From: Octopus vulgaris
Taxonomy: Eukaryota
Reading direction: 5' to 3'
Assembly (NCBI GenBank): GCA_951406725.2
Contig: OX597816.1
Span: 1,798,001-1,862,000 of the forward strand
Length of the DNA stretch: 64,000 nt
Position numbers and translations under genes: made by a program. Below are positions 1 through 11,514 of this stretch, piece after piece (position 1 is the first letter of the stretch; every line of letters begins with the position of its first letter). Below the pieces are notes generated by a model. That model made no database searches, was not told the origin of the DNA, and saw only the letters and a program-made list of their open reading frames with translations.

Positions 1-352
1 TGATGTTAATTGACAAAAATTCAATTAAAATAATTAGATAAACTTAGTGTTCCTTTTCATTCTTTGAAGCATAACAGTTTCTTTATACAGTTCTTCACAT
101 TTCTATTTAACTCCAGCAGGTCTGTAGGGCTTAGGGTTAGTAGAAAGCAGACAAAGGGACACTCCAGTATGGTCTCCACATTCACAGATGGCTGGACTGG
201 TCTTGTAGGCCTCACCAGTCTTTAAGTCACTGTAAGAGATCCTAGGCAAGGCCTTCCCTCTCGAGATTAAGATTAAGAAAAAATTTTTTTATTTCTCTCT
301 CATTTTTTGTAAAAGCTTAATTAAAACTTTTTTTTAAAAATTATTTCTTTAG

Positions 353-461
353 GGTGTTGAGAGGTGGCGTAGCCAGCGGATTTAATCCTGTGAAGCCGGA
401 TGAATACAAACCACGTCTCTTGTTCTACACTGAAAGTGGTAAGAAAGTCTCAGTGAAAGAG
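353..461 (+). CDS. Gelsolin/severin-like protein, internal exon (G1-G2 linker, start of G2)
   Basis: tttctttAG acceptor at 351-352 and GTaaat donor at 462. Translates (x)VLRGGVASGFNPVKPDEYKPRLLFYTESGKKVSVKE; GGVASGF...PRLL is the gelsolin-family G1/G2 junction motif. Upstream exons lie outside the window. Confidence 0.93.
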
Positions 462-800
462 GTAAATACGCTAACATAAATCTTTTAATATTTGCAGTTG
501 GGCATCGATGGTGATGGTCAAAGTTTGGTGTTAAAGCTCAATCTAAATATCGTTGAGAATATGAAATTAAAGAAACGACAAAGGAATAGGAGATTATGCA
601 ATGACCTTCATTAGCTTACAGCTGTTTCTGCAACAAGCTGCAGTGCACCCAGAGCTGATGCATGTGCATCATTTTATAGTTTCTTCAGAGTTTCAAAAAT
701 GAAGGAAAGCATTTACGTATGTGGAAAAGATCATTGTTGAAAAATATAAAAAATACATAAGATATGTTGGTGTGTGGTATTTGAAGGGAAAAAGCTGCTC

Positions 801-905
801 TGAGTGATGAGAATGAGTGATGAGAATGAGTGATGAGAATGAGTGATGAGAATGAGTGATGAGAATGAGTGATGAGAATGAGTGATGATGAATGAGTGAT
901 GAATG
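801..905. repeat. 13-bp minisatellite (TGAGTGATGAGAA)n
   Basis: About 6-7 direct copies visible. Confidence 0.9.
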
Positions 906-2721
906 AAGTGGTAAGACTTGGTGAGATTAGTGATTTTTGAAGATTCTGGGTGGATGCTAGATTGACAATTAAGAGGCAAGGATTATAACTAAATATTTAA
1001 ATAGAGGGCAATGCAAAAGGTGGGTCTACAGTTATGAAGAGGAGAAAACCCCTTACAATAAAAGTTCTGATCATTGTTATGACAAATGTATTATTATGAT
1101 TAATGACACTGAAAATATCAGAAATGAGGCTAACTAATTAAATGTGCTAATGACTCTAGTTAATTAAGTCTTATAACATACCTCCTTTTGCACTCCACTG
1201 TAAACACACACACACACACGTATTGATAACATGTACACATAGAAAGAAAACATGTACGAGTGTGTGTGTGTGTGTATATATACACACACACACACACAAT
1301 ATATTTATAATGTTTTGTTGTGTTGGGAGGGTCACTATGCCAATATCACATGCACTGGTTCAATTCTACTCCTTTGTTATTAGTTAATTAGGTAGGTCGA
1401 TGGGGGAGGCAGGTAAGTAGATAAACAGGTAGAATGGACAGACTTAGACATACAGGCATACATAAGCACACGCACACACATAAAAAGACACAGGAAAACA
1501 CAACTACACATACACCCATGCACATACATGTACAAGCACACATACATACACACCACGCATACATGTGCACACACAAACATGCATGCAAACACACGCACGT
1601 GCACACCTGCATAAGAACGCACCTGTACATACACAGATAGACGCAGGAATGCACACAATAACACATACATATGCATGTAGATAATTACAGACACACCTCC
1701 ATATTTTCAGATCGCCCCTCCCTGCAGGAAAAAAACCCACACACCTCACTCCCCCACACCATAAACCTATAAATCTACAGTGGACAAAAGGCAAACACTG
1801 AACCCTGAAAGAGGTCAGCAATACCCATGCACACACACACACACGGCCTCCGTAGCGAAGTGGGGTGAGATGGTCACTGCAAAGATTGCAAATGGAAGAA
1901 AAGAACTTTGACAAACAAAAATAAAAAAAAACAACAACGATTGATTGTTTAACCAACAAATTAAACAAACGGTCAATTAGTTGGTTAGATATTTAACCAA
2001 TTGACTAATAAATAAAGAAGTGGAATTGAACCAATACGTGTGATAATATTTTTGGCGGAATGACTCTGCCAAGACACAGCAAAACTTGTTCCTAATTCCA
2101 ATATGTCTGAGGCAGGTTGAAACTTTCTCAAAAGTCATCCACGGGGTTTTGGGATGGCTGGAAATTTCTCTCCATAGACACATTTCTGTCAACAGAACAA
2201 GTTACTCTGCAGCGCCCCCTGCCAACCACACTGGGGGTTGGAGTGGTTGTCTTCGCTTGTATACGTTAATTGCATGTTTGAGAAGAGGGAAAGCGATGTG
2301 TGGCCATTCGTAACATCTTGGGACAAACTTAAAAATGAAAATGGCTTTTCGCTGATTTTAGTTTCAGAAAAGGATTTCTCTCTTTAACTTGCTTTCTGTA
2401 GACATAACACACTTGTTCCAGGAAAGGTAACCAATCTCTCTCACATTTAAAAGCCTTCCAGAATTAATATGTCTTGTTTCTTTAAGAATTTATTCCTAAT
2501 TTCCATTTTCATATAACATCAATTTGATTTTTAAATTTCTATATAAGTTCTGCAGAGTGGTTGGTGTTGAGAAGGGCATCCAGCCATAAGATCCCTGCCA
2601 AAACAGACAAAGAAGCCTGATGCAGGCACCTGCCTGGCCACCCTCCTGTCGAACCGTCCAACCCATGACAGCATGGAAGGAGAATGTTAAATGACGATGA
2701 TGTGTCTCTTTTTCTTTCCAG

Positions 2722-2829
2722 GTTGCTTTCCGTAAACTGTTGAGCCAAGAAGATATCTTCTTGTTGGATATGGGGGTCAAGATTATCCAGTGGTATGGTG
2801 ATGAAAGCAACCTCTTTCAACGACACAGG
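2722..2829 (+). CDS. Gelsolin-like protein, exon (domain G2 core)
   Basis: tttccAG / GTaaga, phase 0-0. Translates VAFRKLLSQEDIFLLDMGVKIIQWYGDESNLFQRHR, matching the gelsolin DxFxLD...QWxG motif. Confidence 0.93.
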
Positions 2830-4053
2830 GTAAGAAACCGGTTTTTACTTTAACTGACCCTTTTCTTCAAACGACAAAGTGTAAGGTCCTGTTTGTACTT
2901 TAGCTGACCCTTTTCTTTAAATGACATAGAATAAGGTCCTGTTTGTACTTTAACTGACCCTTTTCTTTAAACGACATAGAGTAAGGTCCTGTTTGTACTT
3001 TAATTGACCCTTTTCTTTAAACGACATAGAATAAGGTCCTGTTTGTACTTTAGCTGACCCTTTTCTTTAAACGACAGATTAAGGTCCTGTTTGTACTTTA
3101 GCTGACCCTTTTCTTTAAACGACATAGAGTAAGGTCCTGTTTGTACTTTAGCTGACCCTTTTCTTTAAACGACATAGAGTAAGGTCCTGTTTGTACTTTA
3201 GCTGACCCTTTTCTTTAAACGACAGAGTAAGGTCCTGTTTGTACTTTAGCTGACCCTTTTCTTTAAACGACATAGAGTAAGGTCCTGTTTGTACTTTAGC
3301 TGACCCTTTTCTTTAAACGACATAGAGTAAGGTCCTGTTTGTACTTTAGCTGACCCTTTTCTTTAAACGACATAGAATAACGTCCTGTTTGTACTTTAAT
3401 TGACCCTTTTCTTTAAACGACATAGAATAAGGTCCTGTTTGTACTTTAGGTGACCCTTTTCTTTAAACGACATAGATTAAGGTCCTGTTTGTACTTTAGC
3501 TGACCCTTTTCTTTAAACGACATAGAGTAAGGTCCTGTTTGTACTTTAGCTGACCCTTTTCTTTAAACGACATAGAATAACGTCCTGTTTGTACTTTAGC
3601 TGACCCTTTTCTTTAAACGACATAGAATAAGGTCCTGTTTGTACTTTAGCTGACCCTTTTCTTTAAACGACATAGAGTAAGGTCCTGTTTGTACTTTAGG
3701 TGTGTAAGATCCTGTTTGTACTTTAACTGACCCTTTTCTTTAAACGACATAGAATAAGGTCCTGTTTGTACTTTAGCTGACCCTTTTCTTTAAACGACAT
3801 AGAGTAAGGTCCTGTTTGTACTTTAATTGACCCTTTTCTTTAAACGACATAGAATAAGGTCCTGTTTGTACTTTAGCTGACCCTTTTCTTTAAACGACAT
3901 AGAGTAAGGTCTTGTTTGTACTTTAGCTGTCCCTTTTCTTTAAACGACATAGAATAACGTCCTGTTTGTACTTTAGCTGACCCTTTTCTTTAAACGACGT
4001 AGAGTAAGGTCCCTTTTGTACTTTAGCTGATCCTTTTCTTTAAACGACATAGA
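2811..4053. repeat. 50-bp tandem array (~24 units) starting at a gelsolin exon/intron junction
   Basis: Unit gtaaggtcctgtttgtactttagctgacccttttctttaaacgacataga, with few substitutions and occasional 2-nt deletions. Confidence 0.97.
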
Positions 4054-4207
4054 TTTTAAATTCAGTTCATTTAGCTCCACAGAAAAATTGAAATCTGATT
4101 CAGTAATTTTTGTAAAAATTTTGAAAGTGAGTAAAACTGTATTTTGTTCAATATTACACGGAAATATTTTGCAGAAATATAAATTTAGATATTTGCTTTC
4201 TTTTCAG

Positions 4208-4291
4208 GCCAATTGCTTTTGCCAAGAATTAAAAAATGACCGAGGTGGAAAGACAACATCTGAAGTTATTAACCAGGATATGGATGATGGG
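4208..4291 (+). CDS. Gelsolin-like protein, exon (G2 long helix)
   Basis: ttttcAG / GTaaga. Translates ANCFCQELKNDRGGKTTSEVINQDMDDG, in frame with the flanking exons. Confidence 0.9.
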
Positions 4292-4420
4292 GTAAGAATC
4301 TCATTAATCCAATTAACACACTTATGTGATTGCTGTCTTAGAGAAATAAGAATTTGCCAAAATGTTAAAATTTTTGATGTCAATGTATACAAGATTGTGT
4401 GTGTATATATTTATATATAC

Positions 4421-4763
4421 TCAAAATAAGCAACAAGGATATCCAAGGTAGTGTAGTACAATCGTTTCATGCTACTTCATTTTATTAAACACTGTAAGTA
4501 TTGCATCAGTTTTAAAATGCAGAGCAACCTTCAGCCACATATAGAATTTTTTTTAATTAAATGGACAATGTGCATTTTTATACTTATTTCATTTGCCAAC
4601 ATTAAAAATGTTCATAAATGTGCATTTAATTAAAAAATTCTATATGTGGCTGAAGATTGCTCGACATTTTAAAACTGATGTAATACTTACATTGTTTAAT
4701 AAAATGAAGTAGCATGAAACAATTGTACTACACTACCTTGGATATCCTTGCTGCTTATTTTGA
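4421..4763. repeat. Long inverted repeat (~140-bp arms), probably Penelope-like element derived
   Basis: 4421-4563 is the near reverse complement of 4624-4763. The right arm carries CTGAAGA...GAAACAATTGTA. Confidence 0.8.
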
Positions 4764-5076
4764 TTATAATCACCCCATTTTGAATTATGGATAATACCAT
4801 ACCAAATTCTGGTGCCTTTAACTTAAGTACCATATTCATTTGAATCTAAATTTTGCTGAAAAGATATATATATATACACACATACATACATATATATATG
4901 CACACACACACACACACACACAAAGGTGCAGATTGTATTGTAAATGGTGAATGGCTTTTAGGGTGTTTGGGGGTTTGTTTTATTATTAGTTTTATGATGT
5001 GCTCTCACTGCACTACCAAATGCAGCTTTGTGTGCCTTGGGTATGTGCTGTGGTTTACCTTGGGCATTGGTTGTGG

Positions 5077-5116
<40 letters not shown>

Positions 5117-5117
<1 letters not shown>

Positions 5118-5520
5118 GGCAGCGAACTGGCAGAATGTTAAGCATCCTGGACAGAATGCTTATCGGCATTTCATCTATCTGCGTATCCTGGGTACAAAAT
5201 CTACTGAGGTAGACTTTTATCCTTTCAGGGGGTCAATAAATTAAGGATCAATCGAACACGAGGGGATTGATGCAATCGACTAGTACCCTCCCTGCAAATT
5301 TCTGGCCCTGTGCCAAAATTTGAAACCATTATTATTAAGGGATTGAGTTGGCAGAATTGTTAGCAGGTTGGGAAAAATGCTTAGCAACATTTCTTCCGAC
5401 TTCACTTTAAATTTTTTTCGGGCTGAATAGAATAAGTACTGGTCATGTACTGGAGTCAATGCAATAAACTTAACTCCAACCCCAAAGTTGCTGGCCTTGC
5501 ACCTTCAGCAGGAAGGATTG
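5117..5520 (+). mobile_element. Two head-to-tail copies of tRNA-derived SINE family B (Nin/Deu-domain-like)
   Basis: Follows a (TTA)n tract. A-box-like tggcagaat, central tttatcctttcaggggtcaataaattaag. The same family occurs at ~6416, 35608, 48226-48900 and 56765 (-). Confidence 0.7.
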
Positions 5521-5566
5521 TTGTTGCTGTTGTTGCTGACGATGTATTTTCATTTGTCTTTTGAAG

Positions 5567-5685
5567 AATTCATTCCAAAAATTACTAAACCAATGCATTG
5601 AAAAGAAACAGGCGGATGGTGATGATGATGATGACGACGATGAAGAGGACGACGAGGATGATGATGATATCAACAGATTGTTTAG
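5567..5685 (+). CDS. Gelsolin-like protein, exon (end of G2, acidic G2-G3 linker)
   Basis: tttgtcttttgaAG / GTaagc. Translates NSFQKLLNQCIEKKQADGDDDDDDDEEDDEDDDDINRLF(R); ends in phase 2, matching the next exon. Confidence 0.85.
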
Positions 5686-5807
5686 GTAAGCTGCACCTGT
5701 TCAGGTAACTTTGACTTTAATTAATTTTCATTTTTAAGTCACTGATATTTCTGATGATAAAACTTCAACTTTTCCCACAATGCAAAGATTCAGTTATATT
5801 AAAATGG

Positions 5808-6415
5808 GAGCTGGCAGAATCATTAACCAATTAACATGTGAGCTGGCAGAATCATTAACCAATTAACATGTGAGCTGGCAGAATCATTAACCAATTAACA
5901 TGTGAGCTGGCAGAATCATTAACCAATTAACATGTGAGCTGGCAGAATCATTAACCAATTAACATGTGAGCTGGCAGAATCATTAACCAATTAACATGTG
6001 AGCTGGCAGAATCATTAACCAATTAACATGTGAGCTGGCAGAATCATTAACCAATTAACATGTGAGCTGGCAGAATCATTAACCAATTAACATGTGAGCT
6101 GGCAGAATCATTAACCAATTAAAATGTGAGCTGGCAGAATCATTAACCAATTAACATGTGAGCTGGCAGAATCATTAACCAATTAACATGTGAGCTGGCA
6201 GAATCATTAACCAATTAACATGTGAGCTGGCAGAATCATTAACCAATTAAAATGTGAGCTGGCAGAATCATTAACCAATTAGCATGTGAGCTGGCAGAAT
6301 CATTAACCAATTAGCATGTGAGCTGGCAGAATCATTAACCAATTAGCATGTGAGCTGGCAGAATCATTAACCAATTAGCATGTGAGCTGGCAGAATCATT
6401 AACCAATTAAAATGT
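5808..6415 (+). repeat. 32-bp tandem array (19 units) derived from the SINE family B head
   Basis: Unit gagctggcagaatcattaaccaattaacatgt. The array runs directly into a SINE body at 6416. Confidence 0.95.
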
Positions 6416-6590
6416 GAGCTGGCAGAGTCGTTAGCACGCTGGATGAAATGCTTAGCAGTATTTCTTCATTGCTAAGTTCTGAGTTCAAATTTCGTAGAGG
6501 TCAACTTTGAAATTCATCCTTTCATGATTGATAAATTAAGTACCAGTGATACACTAGGGTTGATGTAATTGACTACACCTTCTCCTTAAC
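6416..6590 (+). mobile_element. SINE family B copy
   Basis: gagctggcagagtcgttagc (A-box-like) ... gagttcaaattt (B-box-like) ... ttcatcctttcatgattgataaattaagtaccag. Confidence 0.75.
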
Positions 6591-7139
6591 TTACAACCAG
6601 CTGCACTTATGACCACAAAAATAATAATAGATTTTCAGACATTGGGCCACTGCATGTCCAGTAACTATGGCAGGCCCCCCCTCCCCTCAGACCCGCCCCC
6701 ACCTCACACCCGGGCCCCTGTCTCCTCTTACTCAGTTGCTTTCAAGCATCAGTGGGATGCGGATTTGTTACCATTGTATCCAAAATGACTGGTAAAAGGA
6801 AAATGCTTTCATGGGTTGGACAGTTTGATGTAAATGCGAAGGAAATAAGAGGGTGTTTGAGGGAGGCTGACGTGATTTGTGACTTTTGGATTTTAATTAA
6901 AACTATACAAAAAGAAACTTCACATCCAGAACTTTCAAATGAATCATAATTTTCCTCAGAAAATATTTATTTTGACATGGAAATGATAATGCAATAAGTG
7001 TATCTTTGTATGTCCAAACTGTGTTTGTCTGTGTTGCATGGCATTCTATGAGGACCAGTCAAGTTCAGGCACTGATGTAATTAACAAACACCAACACCCA
7101 ACCCCCATAATTTCAGGCCTTTTACTTATTGTAAAAAGG

Positions 7140-7610
7140 AGAGAGCAGCACACACCATTAAAGTGACACTAGGGTACAAATGTATGAAGCCCAATATACC
7201 CATCTGATAAGGGTACACTAGGCACATGCATCACAACCATATGTGTACAACATGGTGATCACATATCAAGATAAACAACACATGACCTTGCAGGTGGGGC
7301 CCAGTTAGAATTTTCTTCAGGTTGAGTAGCCCACTCGCTCAAAAGGTCCCAGAATAAGGTTTGTCTAAGGATGATGAATGAAACACCCAGGATTCCAGAG
7401 GTAAATTATCCAGACCTCCAAGAATTCCTCTCAACACATGGCCATGATGCTCCCCCACTATTTCTGTTCATGATCAGAGATGCACATATCGTCAGCCACC
7501 AAGGGACATGCTCAACTGGTTAAGGTCAAACAACTGACAAGCAAATCTGTGGTATTGAGCAGAATATTTGCTGTAAAACCCATCTTTTATACCAAGACAA
7601 AACAACACAT
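7140..7610 (-). mobile_element. Dispersed repeat of unknown family (probable non-LTR 3' region)
   Basis: Reverse complement of 51800-52230, which ends in a (TAA)n tail. Confidence 0.65.
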
Positions 7611-8265
7611 CCAATGAGTTGAGAAGCCACTGCTTGGTGCTGCAGCTGGGCCATTATCATTAAGGTGGCCAACCAGTAAGATCAAAATAGGGGACAAAAT
7701 GCTTAGAAGCATTCCTTCCAGTCTGACTTCCACCAAATTCAATTTGGCTTCCATCTTCAGTGAAATATTGATCCACAAAATAATCAACCTGCCCCCCCTC
7801 CCCTCATAATTCCTTGTCGAAAATTGCAAACATTTAATATTGTTCTGCTCTTCACTTTCCCCTTTTTTCTGCACTTTCACAACCCTCCCCACCAACTCCT
7901 CTTCTGCCTTTCTCTCCCTCACGACCACTTCTTCCCTCAAGCATTTCTCTCACACAAGCAGTGTCGTTTGTTTTCAGTCTTTTGTGTCTGGCCATGGAGA
8001 AAAGAGCTGAACGTTGCTAACGACAACAGAATTCAGTCCCAGAAAATCGGTTTCACTGAACTTCATCTGACCTAATCCAGCATTCTTCAATTTAAAACTA
8101 ATATTTTCTGATTGTGTCCCTTAAACAGTCAACGGTCACCTGAAATTAAAAAAAGTCAAAGAAACCTTCACAACTTGACGTTTTTAGGGATATTTTCTCG
8201 GTTGAAGGCGTCTGTGGGAATTTGTAGAAAATCTATTTAAGTGATTTCCAATTTTCTTTCTGCAG

Positions 8266-8350
8266 GATTTCCGATGCTGAAGGCCATTTGAAGATGGAAT
8301 TAGTGGAGGAGAGTGAAGGCAAACTAAGCAGATCGAATTTGTCAAGTGCA
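8266..8350 (+). CDS. Gelsolin-like protein, exon (start of G3)
   Basis: tttctgcAG / GTaagt. Translates (R)ISDAEGHLKMELVEESEGKLSRSNLSSA, completing the LFRxSDxxG motif. Confidence 0.92.
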
Positions 8351-10906
8351 GTAAGTGAACATCTCATCTCTCTTTCTCTTATTATTTATCCTACAGCCCA
8401 GCTGGAACCTTCCCTCTGTTCGATCTTCATCCTAAAGGGGGCGCTGTGCACTGTATGCCAGAGTAAACTCTTCTCTGTGTGTAAGTTAAATTTTTTGGAC
8501 CACATTTATGGAGTCGACTATTACATGGACAGCCCCTTTTGAGGGGCTGAAATTGAATCTAGAACCCAAAGGGCCATATCAGCAGTAGGGAATCCAACTG
8601 ATTTCTAAGTGAACAAAAACACAATGACAGCAATATTGCCAATTCGATGCATCGAAACATCCTGATAAATAACAAAACAGATAAACAAGGCAGCTCTTAT
8701 AAATATTTACATTTTCTCTTTTATTTGTATCCATCAAACTTAAGAGACGAGCTGAGTGAAATCAATTTATACCTCAGAATTATGTTACCTTACCATTAGT
8801 AACCTACCTGCCTGGCCACCACTTACCGTAATATGGTGCAACTTACTCGGTGCGTTTCAAAAAAAATAGTTGCAGGATGTCATGTGCAACGTCCATAATA
8901 TGGTGTAGAGTTGTTAATGTGGAGCAGGGATTCCCAAATGGTGTTCTGCAAAACCCCAGGGGTTCCATGTTTTTAAAATTAATGTCGAAGGATTTCACAA
9001 CAAAAAAAAAAAGTTTAAAAAACCACTGATCTAGCAATTAACCAAACGTTTTTAGGCTTCTGGAAGTCATTGCCTCGCTACGAATTCCGTGCTGTTGGCT
9101 AATAGCCCCTGTTTGTGAATGACACGTATTTATTGTGCTGCAAGATGCATGCAAGCTTGCAGCATATCCTGTGCATAAATTTTAGTAAAAGTGATGCAGC
9201 ACCCATCACCAGCAGACGTTTAGTGTTTGCTATTAAATGGTGTTTTACCATAAGCGTTCCACCAAAAGAGCAGCCAAAAGTAAGGCAGCCACACAATTTT
9301 GTATCAGCGTTATTTCTACGTACAGGATAATCCGGTATTTTCACCCACAAATGTTATCCTGTTCATGAAATAATAGGGTCGACTTTTATACAGGGTCTAT
9401 GGAAAATTCTCAATTTTTCGGCAAAATATAGGGGGTCGACTTTCACCTGAGATTCACTGGTACTCGAGTATATATGGGATATATTGAATGTATTTGGTCC
9501 ATACTTGTGGATGTATGCATAACTGGGAGGACAAATTTGCATAGACTCAAGGAGGTACAAGAGTATCTCTCCACACACTTGATCCATGGGTATACTGTCC
9601 TTGACTCTACCTTGGTGTCCTTGTCGTTAAAACACCTTCATTTTATTGGGTCTTGCAAATATATCATCATCATCATAACCAGCTGCTTTCCATGGCTTGG
9701 ATGGTTGGACTAAAAACTGGTAAACTGAAGAGCTGCACCAGGTTCCAATCTGATCTGGCAAGGTTTCTGCAGCTGGATGCCCTTCCGAAACCACCCCAAA
9801 GCTGCCTTTTTCATGCCACCAGCATGGGTGTCAGATATGAAACACTGGCATTGGCCACACTTACGACCTCACTTGGCTTGACAGATCTTCTCAAGCGCAG
9901 AATATTGCCAAAAGTCTAAAAATGTCAAGATGTTGAGGACCGTCACAAGATTAATGACTGACTTTGCAGGTGAAAACACATTTGATGTAATATATAAACC
10001 CACACACACTAAAGTCAGTTGGGTCCTCCCCCTCCTATTTTTATATGTATCTACCCTCTTGCTTTGATGTGAGTCTGAGGAAGGGCCTCACCAATGCCCC
10101 AAATATGTAATTTCGTAATATCCTGCCACTTAGATTATGGCATTCGAACCTCTTCAAGGTTCTGTCCTGGCACTTGCTACCATCTATATCTCTCTCTGCC
10201 TTTACTCATCCTATTTATATTCTGATCCCCATCCCTTGTGAGTATGTCCAACACTTTGCCACCATTTCTATCCTGCTGTCTCATCCACACACTCTCTCTC
10301 TCCTCCTGCTCTTCCCTCAGGTTGGGGAACCATGCATCTCCTTTGCAGCAGAACACCTGTTTCTCTCCTCGTTCCTGATCTCTCTCTCTCTCTCTCTCTC
10401 TCTAGCCAGGTAACCTTGTACTTCCTCTACAGCAAAGTCTCTCTACCTCACTATCACTTCCTCTCCTCTTGAAAGTTTGTTTTTTTATTTTTTTCTGCCT
10501 GTGCTTGTGCCACATAAAAAGCACTCAGCCCACTCTGCTGAGTGGTTGGTGTCAGGAAGGGCATCCAGCTGTAAAGATCCTGCCAAGGCAATTACAGAAG
10601 CCTGGCCGGTTCTTCTTCAACTGTCTCAGCCATGCCAGCATGGAAGGCAGATGTGAAATGATGAGAAGAATGCAAAAGAAATATGTAAACTGGTTTTATT
10701 AAATGAAATAAACCTTAAAGCTGGGACGATTTCTGTTCTCGTATTGTGGATTCCCGTTTGTACTTGAAGACAAAGATTTGCACAAGTCTCAGCTCGAACT
10801 GCAAGTTTCTACTGTGTGTCTGTCTGTGTGTCTCTACAGTAGGGAAACCGTCCACCCTGACTTGTCTCACTGATTTCTATATCTGTCTGTTTGTCTTTTT
10901 GTGCAG

Positions 10907-11002
10907 GATGTATTTTTGATTGATACAAAGAAAGAATGTTTTGTCTGGATTGGCAAAAATGCATCGAAGAACGAGAAAGACAAGGGTTTCTCCTACGCTC
11001 AC
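10907..11002 (+). CDS. Gelsolin-like protein, exon (G3 core)
   Basis: tttttgtgcAG / GTaagt. Translates DVFLIDTKKECFVWIGKNASKNEKDKGFSYAH (DVFLID...FVWIGK motif). Confidence 0.95.
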
Positions 11003-11097
11003 GTAAGTCCTCCTTCATCTTTCACTTAAATATTTACATAGCATTTTGTTTTTGTTTTTTTGTTTTTTTTTGGGGGGGGTTACCATTTGGAAGGGTT

Positions 11098-11514
11098 TGT
11101 AGTGATGCTACTGTGTGAGGTTCAGCACGCATGCGCAGAATGGGACTACTTCCGGGTGGCCACCGGAAGTCTTCCCCGTGCGCATGAGCGGGAAACTGAC
11201 CCCTAAGGAACACTAAACTCGATTCATTCTCTCTGGCCGTTCAGCCATCGTGAACAGACGTGCATTTGGTAGTCTCTGATAACCACACCGACTTAGCCGC
11301 GGACGACATCGAATCACTTCAACCAACCAACAAGAAGCTGTACAACAGATTCGGCTGTCGTTTTCCCTTCAGAAATACGTACACCATCGCAATTAATAAA
11401 CAAACTGCTGTCTTTCACCGATAACCTGACTTCATCTGTTATATCTACCTAAATTGTATGTGACGGGATCGGATCGACACCCTTTCAGTGATACCGATTC
11501 CAGATCCTGTCACA
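11098..11514 (+). mobile_element. Solo LTR (TGT...ACA, 4-bp TSD GGTT) in the last gelsolin intron
   Basis: GGTT at 11094-11097 and 11515-11518 flanks a 417-bp CpG-rich segment with TG/CA ends and an internal AATAAA (~11395). Confidence 0.7.

Noticed and set aside
130-141. TTAGGGTTAG telomere-like sequence
   Set aside because: Fewer than two units; expected by chance.
2811-6415. CRISPR-like appearance of the 50-bp and 32-bp arrays
   Set aside because: No unique spacers, no cas genes, and a eukaryotic intron context.
8450-9478. Possible Tigger/pogo element (gtcgactt...ctcgagtatata ends)
   Set aside because: Ends too degenerate and no transposase motif found; not supportable as a feature.
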